64,000 nucleotides of DNA from Auanema rhodensis (Eukaryota; Animalia; Nematoda), in contig OZ059896.1 of the NCBI GenBank assembly GCA_964057225.1, positions 11,842,001 to 11,906,000 of the forward strand, in the 5' to 3' direction. Shown here piece by piece: positions 30,001 to 45,000 of the stretch; within the stretch, counting starts at the first letter, position 1, and every line of letters starts with the position of its first letter. Position numbers and translations under genes: made by a program. The notes beneath the pieces were generated by a model. It saw nothing but the letters and a program-made list of their open reading frames with translations. It searched no databases and had not been told where the DNA came from.

Positions 30001-33000
30001 GGGATTAAATAAAATAGATGGAGTGAAATGGTTTAGAAAATACAAAATATTTAAATGTTTCAGTTTTTGAGCATCACAATATTGAAATTTAAATGTTTTT
30101 TAATGATTAAAATTTAAAAAATGAAATTATGGAATTGTGGTAGAAATATAAAATGTTTAAAATATGGGATTAAATAAAATAGATGGAGTGAAATGGTTTA
30201 GAAAATACAAAATATTTAAATGTTTCAGTTTTTGAGCATCACAATACTGAAATTTAAATGTTTTTCAATGATTAAAATATTAAAAAATGAAATTATGAAA
30301 TTGTGGTAGAAATATAAAATTGTTTAAAATATGGAATTAAATAAAAGAGATAGAGTGAAATGGTTTAGAAAATACAAAATATTTAAATGTTTCAGTTTTG
30401 ATCATCACAATATTAAAATTTAAATGTTTTTTAATAATTAAAAATTTAAAAAATGAAATTATGAAATAGTGGTGAAAATATAAAATTGTTTAAAATATGG
30501 GATTAAATAAAAGAGATGGAGTGAAATGGTTTAGAAAATATAAAATATTTAAATGTTCCAGTTTTTGAGCATCACAATATTGAAATTTAAGTGTTTTTTA
30601 ATGATTAAAAATTTTAAGAATGAAATTATGAAATAGTGGTAGAAATATAAAATTGTTTAAAATATGGAATTAAATAAAAGAGATAGAGTGAAATGGTTTA
30701 GAAAATACAAAATATTTAAATGTTTCAGTTTTGATCATCACAATATTAAAATTTAAATGTTTTTTAATAATTAAAAATTTAAAAAATGAAATTATGAAAT
30801 AGTGGTGAAAATATAAAATTGTTTAAAATATGGGATTAAATAAAAGAGATGGAGTGAAATGGTTTAGAAAGTATAAAATATTTAAATGTTCCAGTTTTTG
30901 AGCATCACAATATTGAAATTTAAGTGTTTTTTAATGATTAAAAATTTTAAGAATGAAATTATGAAATAGTGGTAAAAATATAAAATTGTTTAAAATATGG
31001 GATTAAATAAAAGAGATGGAGTGAAATGGTTTAGAAAATACAAAATATTTAAATGTTTCAGTTTTTGATCATCACAATATTGAAATTTTAATTTTTTTTA
31101 ATAATTAAAAATTTAAGAATTTAAAAAATGAAATTATGAAATAGTGGTGAAAATATAAAATTGTTTAAAATATGGGATTAAATAAAAGAGATGGAGTGAA
31201 ATGGTTTAGAAAAAACAAAATATTTGAATGTTTCAGTTTTTGAGCATCACAGTATTCAAAATTTAAATGTTTTTTAATGATGAAAAATTTAAGAATGAAA
31301 TTATGAAATAGTGGTAGAATTATGAAATTGTTTAAAATATGGAATTAAATAAAATAGATGTAGTGAAATGGTTTAGAAAATACAAAATATTTAAATGTTT
31401 CAGTTTTTGAGCATCACAATATTGAAATTTAAATGTTTTTTAATGATTAAAAATTTGAAAAATGAAATTATGAAATAGTGGTAAAAATATAAAATTGTTT
31501 AAAATATGGGATTAAATAAAAGAGATGGAGTGAAATGGTTTAGAAAATACAAAATATTTAAATGTTTCAGTTTTGATCATCACAATATTAAAATTTAAAT
31601 GTTTTTTAATAATTAAAAAGTTAAAAAATAAGATTATGAAATAGTGGTAAAAATATAAAATTGTTTAAAATATGGGATTAAATAAAATAGATGGAGTGAA
31701 ATGGTTTAGAAAATACAAAATATTTAAATGTTTCAGTTTTTGAGCATCACAATATTGAAATTTAAATGTTTTTTAATGATTAAAATTTAAAAAATGAAAT
31801 TATGGAATTGTGGTAGAAATATAAAATGTTTAAAATATGGGATTAAATAAAATAGATGGAGTGAAATGGTTTAGAAAATACAAAATATTTAAATGTTTCA
31901 GTTTTTGAGCATCACAATACTGAAATTTAAATGTTTTTCAATGATTAAAATATTAAAAAATGAAATTATGAAATTGTGGTAGAAATATAAAATTGTTTAA
32001 AATATGGAATTAAATAAAAGAGATAGAGTGAAATGGTTTAGAAAATACAAAATATTTAAATGTTTCAGTTTTGATCATCACAATATTAAAATTTAAATGT
32101 TTTTTAATAATTAAAAATTTAAAAAATGAAATTATGAAATAGTGGTGAAAATATAAAATTGTTTAAAATATGGGATTAAATAAAAGAGATGGAGTGAAAT
32201 GGTTTAGAAAAAACAAAATATTTAAATGTTTCAGTTTTTGAGCATCACAGTATTCAAAATTTAAATGTTTTTTAATGACGAAAAATTTAAGAATGAAATT
32301 ATGAAATAGTGGTAGAATTATGAAATTGTTTAAAATATGGAATTAAATAAAATAGATGTAGTGAAATGGTTTAGAAAATACAAAATATTTAAATGTTTCA
32401 GTTTTTGAGCATCACAATATTAAAATTTAAGTGTTTTTTAATGATTAAAAATTTGAAAAATGAAATTATGAAATAGTGGTAAAAATATAAAATTGTTTAA
32501 AATATGGGATTAAATAAAAGAGATGGAGTGAAATGGTTTAGAAAATACAAAATATTTAAATGTTTCAGTTTTTGATCATCACAATATTGAAATATAAATG
32601 TTTTTTAATAATAAAAAATTTAAAAATTTAAAAAATGAAATTATGAAATAGTGGTGAAAATATAAAATTGTTTAAAATATGGGATTAAATAAAAGAGATG
32701 GAGTGAAATGGTTTAGAAAATACAAAATATTTAAATGTTTCAGTTTTTGAGCATCACAATATTGAAATTTAAATGTTTTTTAATGATTGAAAGTTTAAAA
32801 AATGAAATTATGAAATTGTGGTAGAATTAAAAAATTGTATGAAATATGGGATTAAATAAAATAGATAGAGTGAAATGGTTTAGAAAATACAAAATATTTA
32901 AATGTTTCAGTTTTTGAGCATCACAATATTGAAATTTAAATGTTTTTTAATGATTAAAAATTTGAAAAATGAAATTATGAAATTGTGGTAGAAATATAAA

Positions 33001-36000
33001 ATTGTTTAAAATATGGAATTAAATAAAAGAGATGGAGTGAAATGGTTTAGAAAATACAAAATATTCAACTGTTTCAGTTTTTGAGCATCACAATATTGAA
33101 ATTTAAATGTTTTTTAATGATCAAAAATTTAAAAAATGAAATTATGAAATAGTGGTAGAAATATAAAATTGTTTAAAATATGGAATTAAATAAAAGAGAT
33201 GGAGTGAAATGGTTTAGAAAATATAAAATATTTAAATGTTTCAGTTTTTGATCATCACAATATTGAAATTTAAATGTTTTTTAATAATTAAAAATTTAAA
33301 AATTTAAAAAATGAAATTATGAAATAGTGGTAACAATATAAAATTGTTTAAAATATGGGATTAAATAAAAGAGATGGAGTGAAATGGTTTAGAAAATACA
33401 AAATATTTAAATGTTTCAGTTTTTGAGCATCACAATATTGAAATTTAAATGTTTTTTAATGTTTAAAAATTTTAAGAATGAAATTATGAAATAGTGGTAA
33501 AAATATAAAATTGTTTAAAATATGAGATTAAATAAAAGAGATGGAGTGAAATGGTTTAGAAAATACAAAATATTTGAATGTTTCAGTTTTTGATCATCAC
33601 AATATTGAAATTTAAATGTTTTTTAATAATTAAAAATTTAAAAATTTAAAAAATGAAATTATGAAATTGTGGTAGAATTAAAAAATTGTATAAAATATGG
33701 GATTAAATAAAATAGATGGAGTGAAATGGTTTAGAAAATACAAAATATTTAAATGTTTCAGTTTTTGAGCATCACAATACTGAAATTTAAATGTTTTTCA
33801 ATGACTAAAATATTAAAAAATGAAATTATGAAATAGTGGTAGAAATATAAAATTGTTTAAAATATGGAATTAAATAAAAGAGATGGAGTGAAATGGTTTA
33901 GAAAATACAAAATATTTAAATGTTTCAGTTTTTGAGCATCACAATACTGAAATTTAAATGTTTTTCAATGATTAAAATATTAAAAAATGAAATTATGAAA
34001 TAGTGGTAGAAATATAAAATTGTTTAAAATATGGAATTAAATAAAAGAGATGGAGTGAAATGGTTTAGAAAAAACAAAATATTTGAATGTTTCAGTTTTT
34101 GATCATCACAATATTGAAATTTAAATGTTTTTTAATGATTGAAAATTTAAAAAATGAAATTATGAAATTGTGGTAGAATTAAAAAATTGTATAAAATATG
34201 GGATTAAATAAAATAGATAGAGTGAAATGGTTTAGAAAATACAAAATATTTAAATGTTTCAGTTTTTGAGCATCACAATATTGAAATTTAAATGTTTTTT
34301 AATGATTAAAAATTTGAAAAATGAAATTATGAAATTGTGGTAGAAATATAAAATTGTTTAAAATATGGGATTAAATAAAATAGATGGAGTGAAATGGTTT
34401 AGAAAATACAAAATATTTGAATGTTTCAGTTTTTGATCATCACAATATTGAAATTTAAATGTTTTTTAATAATTAAAAATTTAAAAATTTAAAAAATGAA
34501 ATTATGAAATTGTGGTAGAATTAAAAAATTGTATAAAATATGGGATTAAATAAAATAGATGGAGTGAAATGGTTTAGAAAATACAAAATATTTAAATGTT
34601 TCAGTTTTTGAGCATCACAATACTGAAATTTAAATGTTTTTCAATGATTAAAATATTAAAAAATGAAATTATGAAATAGTGGTAGAAATATAAAATTGTT
34701 TAAAATATGGAATTAAATAAAAGAGATGGAGTGAAATGGTTTAGAAAATACAAAATATTTAAATGTTTCAGTTTTTGAGCATCACAATACTGAAATTTAA
34801 ATGTTTTTCAATGATTAAAATATTAAAAAATGAAATTATGAAATAGTGGTAGAAATATAAAATTGTTTAAAATATGGAATTAAATAAAAGAGATGGAGTG
34901 AAATGGTTTAGAAAAAACAAAATATTTGAATGTTTCAGTTTTTGATCATCACAATATTGAAATTTAAATGTTTTTTAATGATTGAAAATTTAAAAAATGA
35001 AATTATGAAATTGTGGTAGAATTAAAAAATTGTATAAAATATGGGATTAAATAAAATAGATAGAGTGAAATGGTTTAGAAAATACAAAATATTTAAATGT
35101 TTCAGTTTTTGAGCATCACAATATTGAAATTTAAATGTTTTTTAATGATTAAAAATTTGAAAAATGAAATTATGAAATTGTGGTAGAAATATAAAATTGT
35201 TTAAAATATGGGATTAAATAAAATAGATGGAGTGAAATGGTTTAGAAAATACAAAATATTTGAATGTTTCAGTTTTTGATCATCACAATATTGAAATTTA
35301 AATGTTTTTTAATGATTGAAAATTTGAAAAATGAAATTATGAAATTGTGGTAGAAATATAAAATTGTTTAAAATATGGGATTAAATAAAATAGATGGAGT
35401 GAAATGGTTTAGAAAATACAAAATATTTGAATGTTTCAGTTTTGATCATCACAATATTAAAATTTAAATGTTTTTCAATGATTAAAATATTAAAAAATGA
35501 AATTATGAAATTGTGGTAGAAATATAAAATTGTTTAAAATATGGAATTAAATAAAATAGATGGAGTGAAATGGTTTAGAAAATACAAAATATTTAAATGT
35601 TTCAGTTTTTGAGCATCACAATACTGAAATTTAAATGTTTTTCAATGATTAAAATATTAAAAAATGAAATTATGAAATAGTGGTAAAAATATAAAATTGT
35701 TTAAAATATGGGATTAAATGAAAGAGATGGAGTGAAATGGTTTAGAAAATATAAAATATTTAAATGTTCCAGTTTTTGAGCATCACAATATTGAAATTTA
35801 AGTGTTTTTTAATGATTAAAAATTTTAAGAATGAAATTATGAAATAGTGGTAAAAATATAAAATTGTTTAAAATATGGGATTAAATAAAAGAGATGGAGT
35901 GAAATGGTTTAGAAAATACAAAATATTTAAATGTTTCAGTTTTTGATCATCACAATATTGAAATTTTAATTTTTTTTAATAATTAAAAATTTAAGAATTT

Positions 36001-39000
36001 AAAAAATGAAATAATGAAATAGTGGTGAAAATATAAAATTGTTTAAAATATGGGATTAAATAAAAGAGATGGAGTGAAATGGTTTAGAAAAAACAAAATA
36101 TTTAAATGTTTCAGTTTTTGAGCATCACAGTATTCAAAATTTAAATGTTTTTTAATGATGAAAAATTTAAGAATGAAATTATGAAATAGTGGTAGAATTA
36201 TGAAATTGTTTAAAATATGGAATTAAATAAAATAGATGTAGTGAAATGGTTTAGAAAATACAAAATATTTAAATGTTTCAGTTTTTGAGCATCACAATAT
36301 TGAAATTTAAATGTTTTTTAATGATTAAAAATTTGAAAAATGAAATTATGAAATAGTGGTAAAAATATAAAATTGTTTAAAATATGGGATTAAATAAAAG
36401 AGATGGAGTGAAATGGTTTAGAAAATACAAAATATTTAAATGTTTCAGTTTTGATCATCACAATATTAAAATTTAAATGTTTTTTAATAATTAAAAATTT
36501 AAGAATTTAAAAAATGAAATTATGAAATAGTGGTGAAAATATAAAATTGTTTAAAATATGGGATTAAATAAAATAGATGGAGTGAAATGGTTTAGAAAAT
36601 ACAAAATATTTAAATGTTTCAGTTTTTGAGCATCACAATATTGAAATTTAAATGTTTTTTAATGATTAAAATTTAAGAATGAAATTATGAAATAGTGGTA
36701 GAATTATGAAATTGTTTAAAATATGGAATTAATTAAAATAGATGTAGTGAAATGGTTTAGAAAATACAAAATATTTAAATGTTTCCGTTTTTGAGCATCA
36801 CAATATTGAAATTTAAATGTTTTTTAATGATTAAAAATTTGAAAAATGAAATTATGAAATAGTGGTAAAAATATAAAATTGTTTAAAATATGGAATTAAA
36901 TAAAAGAGATAGAGTGAAATGGTTTAGAAAATACAAAATATTTAAATGTTTCAGTTTTGATCATCACAATATTAAAATTTAAATGTTTTTTAATAATTAA
37001 AAATTTAAAAAATAAGATTATGAAATAGTGGTAAAAATATAAAATTGTTTAAAATATGGGATTAAATAAAAGAGATGGAGTGAAATGGTTTAGAAAAAAC
37101 AAAATATTTAAATGTTTCAGTTTTTGAGCATCACAGTATTCAAAATTTAAATGTTTTTTAATAATTAAAAATTTAAAAAATGAAATTATGAAATAGTGGT
37201 AAAAATATAAAATTGTTTAAAATATGGGATTAAATAAAAGAGATGGAGTGAAATGGTTTAGAAAATACAAAATATTTGAATGTTTCAGTTTTTGATCATC
37301 ACAATATTGGAATTTAAATGTTTTTTAATGATTAAAATATTAAAAAATGAAATTATGAAATTGTGGTAGAAATATAAAATTGTTTAAAATATGGAATTAA
37401 ATAAAAGAGATAGAGTGAAATGGTTTAGAAAATACAAAATATTTAAATGTTTCAGTTTTTGAGCATCACAATATTAAAATTTAAGTGTTTTTTAATGATT
37501 AAAAATTTGAAAAATGAAATTATGAAATAGTGGTAAAAATATAAAATTGTTTAAAATATGGGATTAAATAAAAGAGATGGAGTGAAATGGTTTAGAAAAT
37601 ACAAAATATTTAAATGTTTCAGTTTTTGATCATCACAATATTGAAATTTAAATGTTTTTTAATAATTAAAAATTTAAAAAATGAAATTATGAAATAGTGG
37701 TAGAAATATAAAATTGTTTAAAATATGGAATTAAATAAAAGAGATGGAGTGAAATGGTTTAGAAAATATAAAATATTTAAATGTTTCAGTTTTTGATCAT
37801 CACAATATTGAAATTTAAATGTTTTTTAATAATTAAAAATTTAAAAATTTAAAAAATGAAATTATGAAATAGTGGTAACAATATAAAATTGTTTAAAATA
37901 TGGGATTAAATAAAAGAGATGGAGTGAAATGGTTTAGAAAATACAAAATATTTAAATGTTTCAGTTTTTGAGCATCACAATATTGAAATTTAAATGTTTT
38001 TTAATGTTTAAAAATTTTAAGAATGAAATTATGAAATAGTGGTAAAAATATAAAATTGTTTAAAATATGAGATTAAATAAAAGAGATGGAGTGAAATGGT
38101 TTAGAAAATACAAAATATTTGAATGTTTCAGTTTTTGATCATCACAATATTGAAATTTAAATGTTTTTTAATAATTAAAAATTTAAAAATTTAAAAAATG
38201 AAATTATGAAATTGTGGTAAAAATATAAAATTGTTTAAAATATGGGATTAAATAAAATAGATGGAGTGAAATGGTTTAGAAAATACAAAATATTTGAATG
38301 TTTCAGTTTTTGATAGTGGTAAAAATATAAAATTGTTTAAAATATGGGATTAAATAAAATAGATGGAGTGAAATGGTTTAGAAAATACAAAATATTTGAA
38401 TGTTTCAGTTTTTGAGCATCACAATATTAAAATTTAAATGTTTTTTAATGATTGAAAATTTAAAAAATGAAATTATGAAATTGTGGTAGAATTAAAAAAT
38501 TGTATAAAATATGGGATTAAATAAAATAGATGGAGTGAAATGGTTTAGAAAATACAAAATATTTAAATGTTTCAGTTTTTGAGCATCACAATACTGAAAT
38601 TTAAATGTTTTTCAATGATTAAAATATTAAAAAATGAAATTATGAAATAGTGGTAAAAATATAAAATTGTTTAAAATATGGGATTAAATGAAAGAGATGG
38701 AGTGAAATGGTTTAGAAAAAACAAAATATTTAAATGTTTCAGTTTTTGATCATCACAATATTGAAATTTTAATTTTTTTTAATAATTAAAAATTTAAGAA
38801 TTTAAAAAATGAAATTATGAAATAGTGGTGAAAATATAAAATTGTTTAAAATATGGGATTAAATAAAAGAGATGGAGTGAAATGGTTTAGAAAAAACAAA
38901 ATATTTAAATGTTTCAGTTTTTGAGCATCACAATATTCAAAATTTAAATGTTTTTTAATGATGAAAAATTTAAGAATGAAATTATGAAATAGTGGTAGAA

Positions 39001-42000
39001 TTATGAAATTGTTTAAAATATGGAATTAAATAAAATAGATGTAGTGAAATGGTTTAGAAAATACAAAATATTTAAATGTTTCAGTTTTTGAGCATCACAA
39101 TATTGAAATTTAAATGTTTTTTAATGATTAAAAATTTGAAAAATGAAATTATGAAATAGTGGTAAAAATATAAAATTGTTTAAAATATGGGATTAAATAA
39201 AAGAGATGGAGTGAAATGGTTTAGAAAATACAAAATATTTGAATGTTTCAGTTTTTGATCATCACAATATTGAAATTTAAAAGTTTTTTAATGATTGAAA
39301 ATTTGAAAAATGAAATTATGAAATTGTGGTAGAAATATAAAATTGTTTAAAATATGGGATTAAATAAAATAGATGGAGTGAAATGGTTTAGAAAATACAA
39401 AATATTTGAATGTTTCAGTTTTGATCATCACAATATTAAAATTTAAATGTTTTTTAATAATTAAAAATTTAAAAAATAAGATTATGAAATAGTGGTAAAA
39501 ATATAAAATTGTTTAAAATATGGGATTAAATAAAATAGATGGAGTGAAATGGTTTAGAAAATACAAAATATTTGAATGTTTCAGTTTTTGAGCATCACAA
39601 TATTAAAATTTAAATGTTTTTTAATGATTGAAAATTTAAAAAATGAAATTATGAAATTGTGGTAGAATTAAAAAATTGTATAAAATATGGGATTAAATAA
39701 AATAGATGGAGTGAAATGGTTTAGAAAATACAAAATATTTAAATGTTTCAGTTTTTGAGCATCACAATACTGAAATTTAAATGTTTTTCAATGATTAAAA
39801 TATTAAAAAATGAAATTATGAAATAGTGGTAAAAATATAAAATTGTTTAAAATATGGGATTAAATGAAAGAGATGGAGTGAAATGGTTTAGAAAAAACAA
39901 AATATTTAAATGTTTCAGTTTTTGATCATCACAATATTGAAATTTTAATTTTTTTTAATAATTAAAAATTTAAGAATTTAAAAAATGAAATTATGAAATA
40001 GTGGTGAAAATATAAAATTGTTTAAAATATGGGATTAAATAAAAGAGATGGAGTGAAATGGTTTAGAAAAAACAAAATATTTAAATGTTTCAGTTTTTGA
40101 GCATCACAGTATTCAAAATTTAAATGTTTTTTAATGATGAAAAATTTAAGAATGAAATTATGAAATAGTGGTAGAATTATGAAATTGTTTAAAATATGGA
40201 ATTAAATAAAATAGATGTAGTGAAATGGTTTAGAAAATACAAAATATTTAAATGTTTCATTTTTTGAGCATCACAATATTGAAATTTAAATGTTTTTTAA
40301 TGATTAAAAATTTGAAAAATGAAGTTATGAAATAGTGGTAAAAATATAAAATTGTTTAAAATATGGGATTCAATAAAAGAGATGGAGTGAAATGGTTTAG
40401 AAAATACAAAATATTTAAATGTTTCAGTTTTGATCATCACAATATTAAAATTTAAATGTTTTTTAATAATTAAAAATTTAAGAATTTAAAAAATGAAATT
40501 ATGAAATAGTGGTGAAAATATAAAATTGTTTAAAATATGGGATTAAATAAAATAGATGGAGTGAAATGGTTTAGAAAATACAAAATATTTAAATGTTTCA
40601 GTTTTTGAGCATCACAATATTGAAATTTAAATGTTTTTTAATGATTAAAATTTAAGAATGAAATTATGAAATAGTGGTAGAATTATGAAATTGTTTAAAA
40701 TATGGAATTAATTAAAATAGATGTAGTGAAATGGTTTAGAAAATACAAAATATTTAAATGTTTCAGTTTTTGAGCATCACAATATTGAAATTTAAATGTT
40801 TTTTAATGATTAAAAATTTGAAAAATGAAATTATGAAATAGTGGTAAAAATATAAAATTGTTTAAAATATGGAATTAAATAAAAGAGATAGAGTGAAATG
40901 GTTTAGAAAATACAAAATATTTAAATGTTTCAGTTTTGATCATCACAATATTAAAATTTAAATGTTTTTTAATAATTAAAAATTTAAAAAATAAGATTAT
41001 GAAATAGTGGTAAAAATATAAAATTGTTTAAAATATGGGATTAAATAAAAGAGATGGAGTGAAATGGTTTAGAAAAAACAAAATATTTAAATGTTTCAGT
41101 TTTTGAGCATCACAGTATTCAAAATTTAAATGTTTTTTAATAATTAAAAATTTAAAAAATGAAATTATGAAATAGTGGTAAAAATATAAAATTGTTTAAA
41201 ATATGGGATTAAATAAAAGAGATGGAGTGAAATGGTTTAGAAAATACAAAATATTTGAATGTTTCAGTTTTTGATCATCACAATATTGGAATTTAAATGT
41301 TTTTTAATGATTAAAATATTAAAAAATGAAATTATGAAATTGTGGTAGAAATATAAAATTGTTTAAAATATGGAATTAAATAAAAGAGATAGAGTGAAAT
41401 GGTTTAGAAAATACAAAATATTTAAATGTTTCAGTTTTTGAGCATCACAATATTAAAATTTAAGTGTTTTTTAATGATTAAAAATTTGAAAAATGAAATT
41501 ATGAAATAGTGGTAAAAATATAAAATTGTTTAAAATATGGGATTAAATAAATTAGATGGAGTGAAATGGTTTAGAAAATACAAAATATTTAAATGTTTCA
41601 GTTTTTGAGCATCACAATATTGAAATTTAAATGTTTTTTAATGATTAAAAAGTTAAAAAATAAGATTATGAAATAGTGGTAGAATCATAAAATTGTTTAA
41701 AATATGGGACTAAATAAAATAGATGGAGTGAAATGGTTTAGAAAATACAAAATATTCAACTGTTTCAGTTTTTGAGCATCACAATATTGAAAATTAAATG
41801 TTTTTTAATGATTAAAAATTCAAAAATGAAATTATGAAATTGTGGTAGAACTATAAAATTGTTTAAAATATGGGATTAAATAAACTAGATGGAGTGAAAT
41901 GGTTTAGAAAATACAAAATATTCAAATGTTTCAGTTTTTGAGCATCACAATATTGAAATTTAAATGTTTTTTAATGATTAAAAATTTGAAAAATGAAATT

Positions 42001-45000
42001 ATGAAATTGTGGTAGAAATATAAAATTGTTTAAAATATGGAATTAAATAAAAGAGATGGAGTGAAATGGTTTAGAAAATACAAAATATTTAAATGTTTCA
42101 GTTTTGATCATCACAATATTAAAATTTAAATGTTTTTTAATAATTAAAAATTTAAAAAATGAAATTATGAAATAGTGGTAAAAATATAAAATTGTTTAAA
42201 ATATGGGATTAAATAAAAGAGATGGAGTGAAATGGTTTAGAAAATACAAAATATTTGAATGTTTCAGTTTTTGATCATCACAATATTGGAATTTAAATGT
42301 TTTTTAATGATTGAAAATTTAAAAAATGAAATTATGAAATTGTGGTAGAATTAAAAAATTGTTTGAAAAATGGAATTAAATAGAATAGATTTAGTGAAAT
42401 GGTTTAGAAAATACAAAATATTTAAATGTTTCAGTTTTTGAGCATCACAATATTGAAATTTAAATGTTTTTCAATGATTAAAAATTTAAAAATGAAATTA
42501 TAAAATTGTGGTAGAAATATAAAATTGTATAAAATATGAGATTAAATAAATTAGATGGAGTGAAATGGTTTAGAAAATACAAAATATTTAAATGTTTCAG
42601 TTTTTGAGCATCACAATATTGAAATTTAAATGTTTTTTAATGATTAAAAAGTTAAAAAATAAGATTATGAAATAGTGGTAGAATCATAAAATTGTTTAAA
42701 ATATGGGACTAAATAAAATAGATGGAGTGAAATGGTTTAGAAAATACAAAATATTCAACTGTTTCAGTTTTTGAGCATCACAATATTGAAAATTAAATGT
42801 TTTTTAATGATTAAAAATTCAAAAATGAAATTATGAAATTGTGGTAGAACTATAAAATTGTTTAAAATATGGGATTAAATAAACTAGATGGAGTGAAATG
42901 CTTTAGAAAATACAAATATTTAAATGTTTCAGTTTTTGAGCATCACAATATTGAAATTTAAATGTTTTTTAATGATTAAAAATTTAAAGAATAAAATTAT
43001 GAAATAGTGGTGAAAATATAAAATTGTTAAAATATGGGATTAAATAAAATAGATGGAGTGAAATGGTTTAGAAAATACTAAATATTTAAATGTTTCAGTT
43101 TTTGATCATCACAATATTGAAATTTAAATGTTTTTTAATGATTAAAAATTTAAAAAATGAAATTATGGATTTGTGGTAGAAATATAAAATTGTTTAAAAT
43201 ATGGGATTAAATAAAAGAGATGGAGTGAAATGGTTTAGAAAATACAAAATATTTGAATGTTTCAGTTTTTGATCATCACAATATTGGAATTTAAATGTTT
43301 TTTAATGATTAAAATATTAAAAAATGAAATTATGAAATTGTGGTAGAAATATAAAATTGTTTAAAATATGGAATTAAATAAAAGAGATAGAGTGAAATGG
43401 TTTAGAAAATACAAAATATTTAAATGTTTCAGTTTTTGAGCATCACAATATTAAAATTTAAGTGTTTTTTAATGATTAAAAATTTGAAAAATGAAATTAT
43501 GAAATAGTGGTAAAAATATAAAATTGTTTAAAATATGGGATTAAATAAAAGAGATGGAGTGAAATGGTTTAGAAAATACAAAATATTTAAATGTTTCAGT
43601 TTTTGATCATCACAATATTGAAATTTAAATGTTTTTTAATAATTAAAAATTTAAAAATTTAAAAAATGAAATTATGAAATAGTGGTGAAAATATAAAATT
43701 GTTTAAAATATGGGATTAAATAAAAGAGATGGAGTGAAATGGTTTAGAAAATACAAAATATTCAAATGTTTCAGTTTTTGAGCATCACAATATTGAAATT
43801 TAAATGTTTTTTAATGATTGAAAATTTAAAAAATGAAATTATGAAATTGTGGTAGAATTAAAAAATTGTATGAAATATGGGATTAAATAAAATAGATAGA
43901 GTGAAATGGTTTAGAAAATACAAAATATTCAAATGTTTCAGTTTTTGAGCATCACAATATTGAAATTTAAATGTTTTTTAATGATTAAAAATTTGAAAAA
44001 TGAAATTATGAAATTGTGGTAGAAATATAAAATTGTTTAAAATATGGAATTAAATAAAAGAGATGGAGTGAAATGGTTTAGAAAATACAAAATATTTAAA
44101 TGTTTCAGTTTTGATCATCACAATATTAAAATTTAAATGTTTTTTAATAATTAAAAATTTAAAAAATGAAATTATGAAATAGTGGTAAAAATATAAAATT
44201 GTTTAAAATATGGGATTAAATAAAAGAGATGGAGTGAAATGGTTTAGAAAATACAAAATATTTGAATGTTTCAGTTTTTGATCATCACAATATTGGAATT
44301 TAAATGTTTTTTAATGATTGAAAATTTAAAAAATGAAATTATGAAATTGTGGTAGAATTAAAAAATTGTTTGAAAAATGGAATTAAATAGAATAGATTTA
44401 GTGAAATGGTTTAGAAAATACAAAATATTTAAATGTTTCAGTTTTTGAGCATCACAATATTGAAATTTAAATGTTTTTCAATGATTAAAAATTTAAAAAT
44501 GAAATTATAAAATTGTGGTAGAAATATAAAATTGTATAAAATATGAGATTAAATAAATTAGATGGAGTGAAATGGTTTAGAAAATACAAAATATTTAAAT
44601 GTTTCAGTTTTTGAGCATCACAATATTGAAATTTAAATGTTTTTTAATGATTAAAAATTTAAAAAATGAAATTATAAAATAGTGGTAGAATCATAAAATT
44701 GTTTAAAATATGGGATTAAATAAAATAGATAGAGTGAAATGGTTTAGAAAATACAAAATATTCAACTGTTTCAGTTTTTGAGCATCACAATATTGAAAAT
44801 TAAATGTTTTTTAATGATTAAAAATTCAAAAATGAAATTATGAAATTGTGGTAGAACTATAAAATTGTTTAAAATATGGGATTAAATAAACTAGATGGAG
44901 TGAAATGCTTTAGAAAATACAAATATTTAAATGTTTCAGTTTTTGAGCATCACAATATTGAAATTTAAATGTTTTTCAATGATTAAAAATTTAAAAATGA

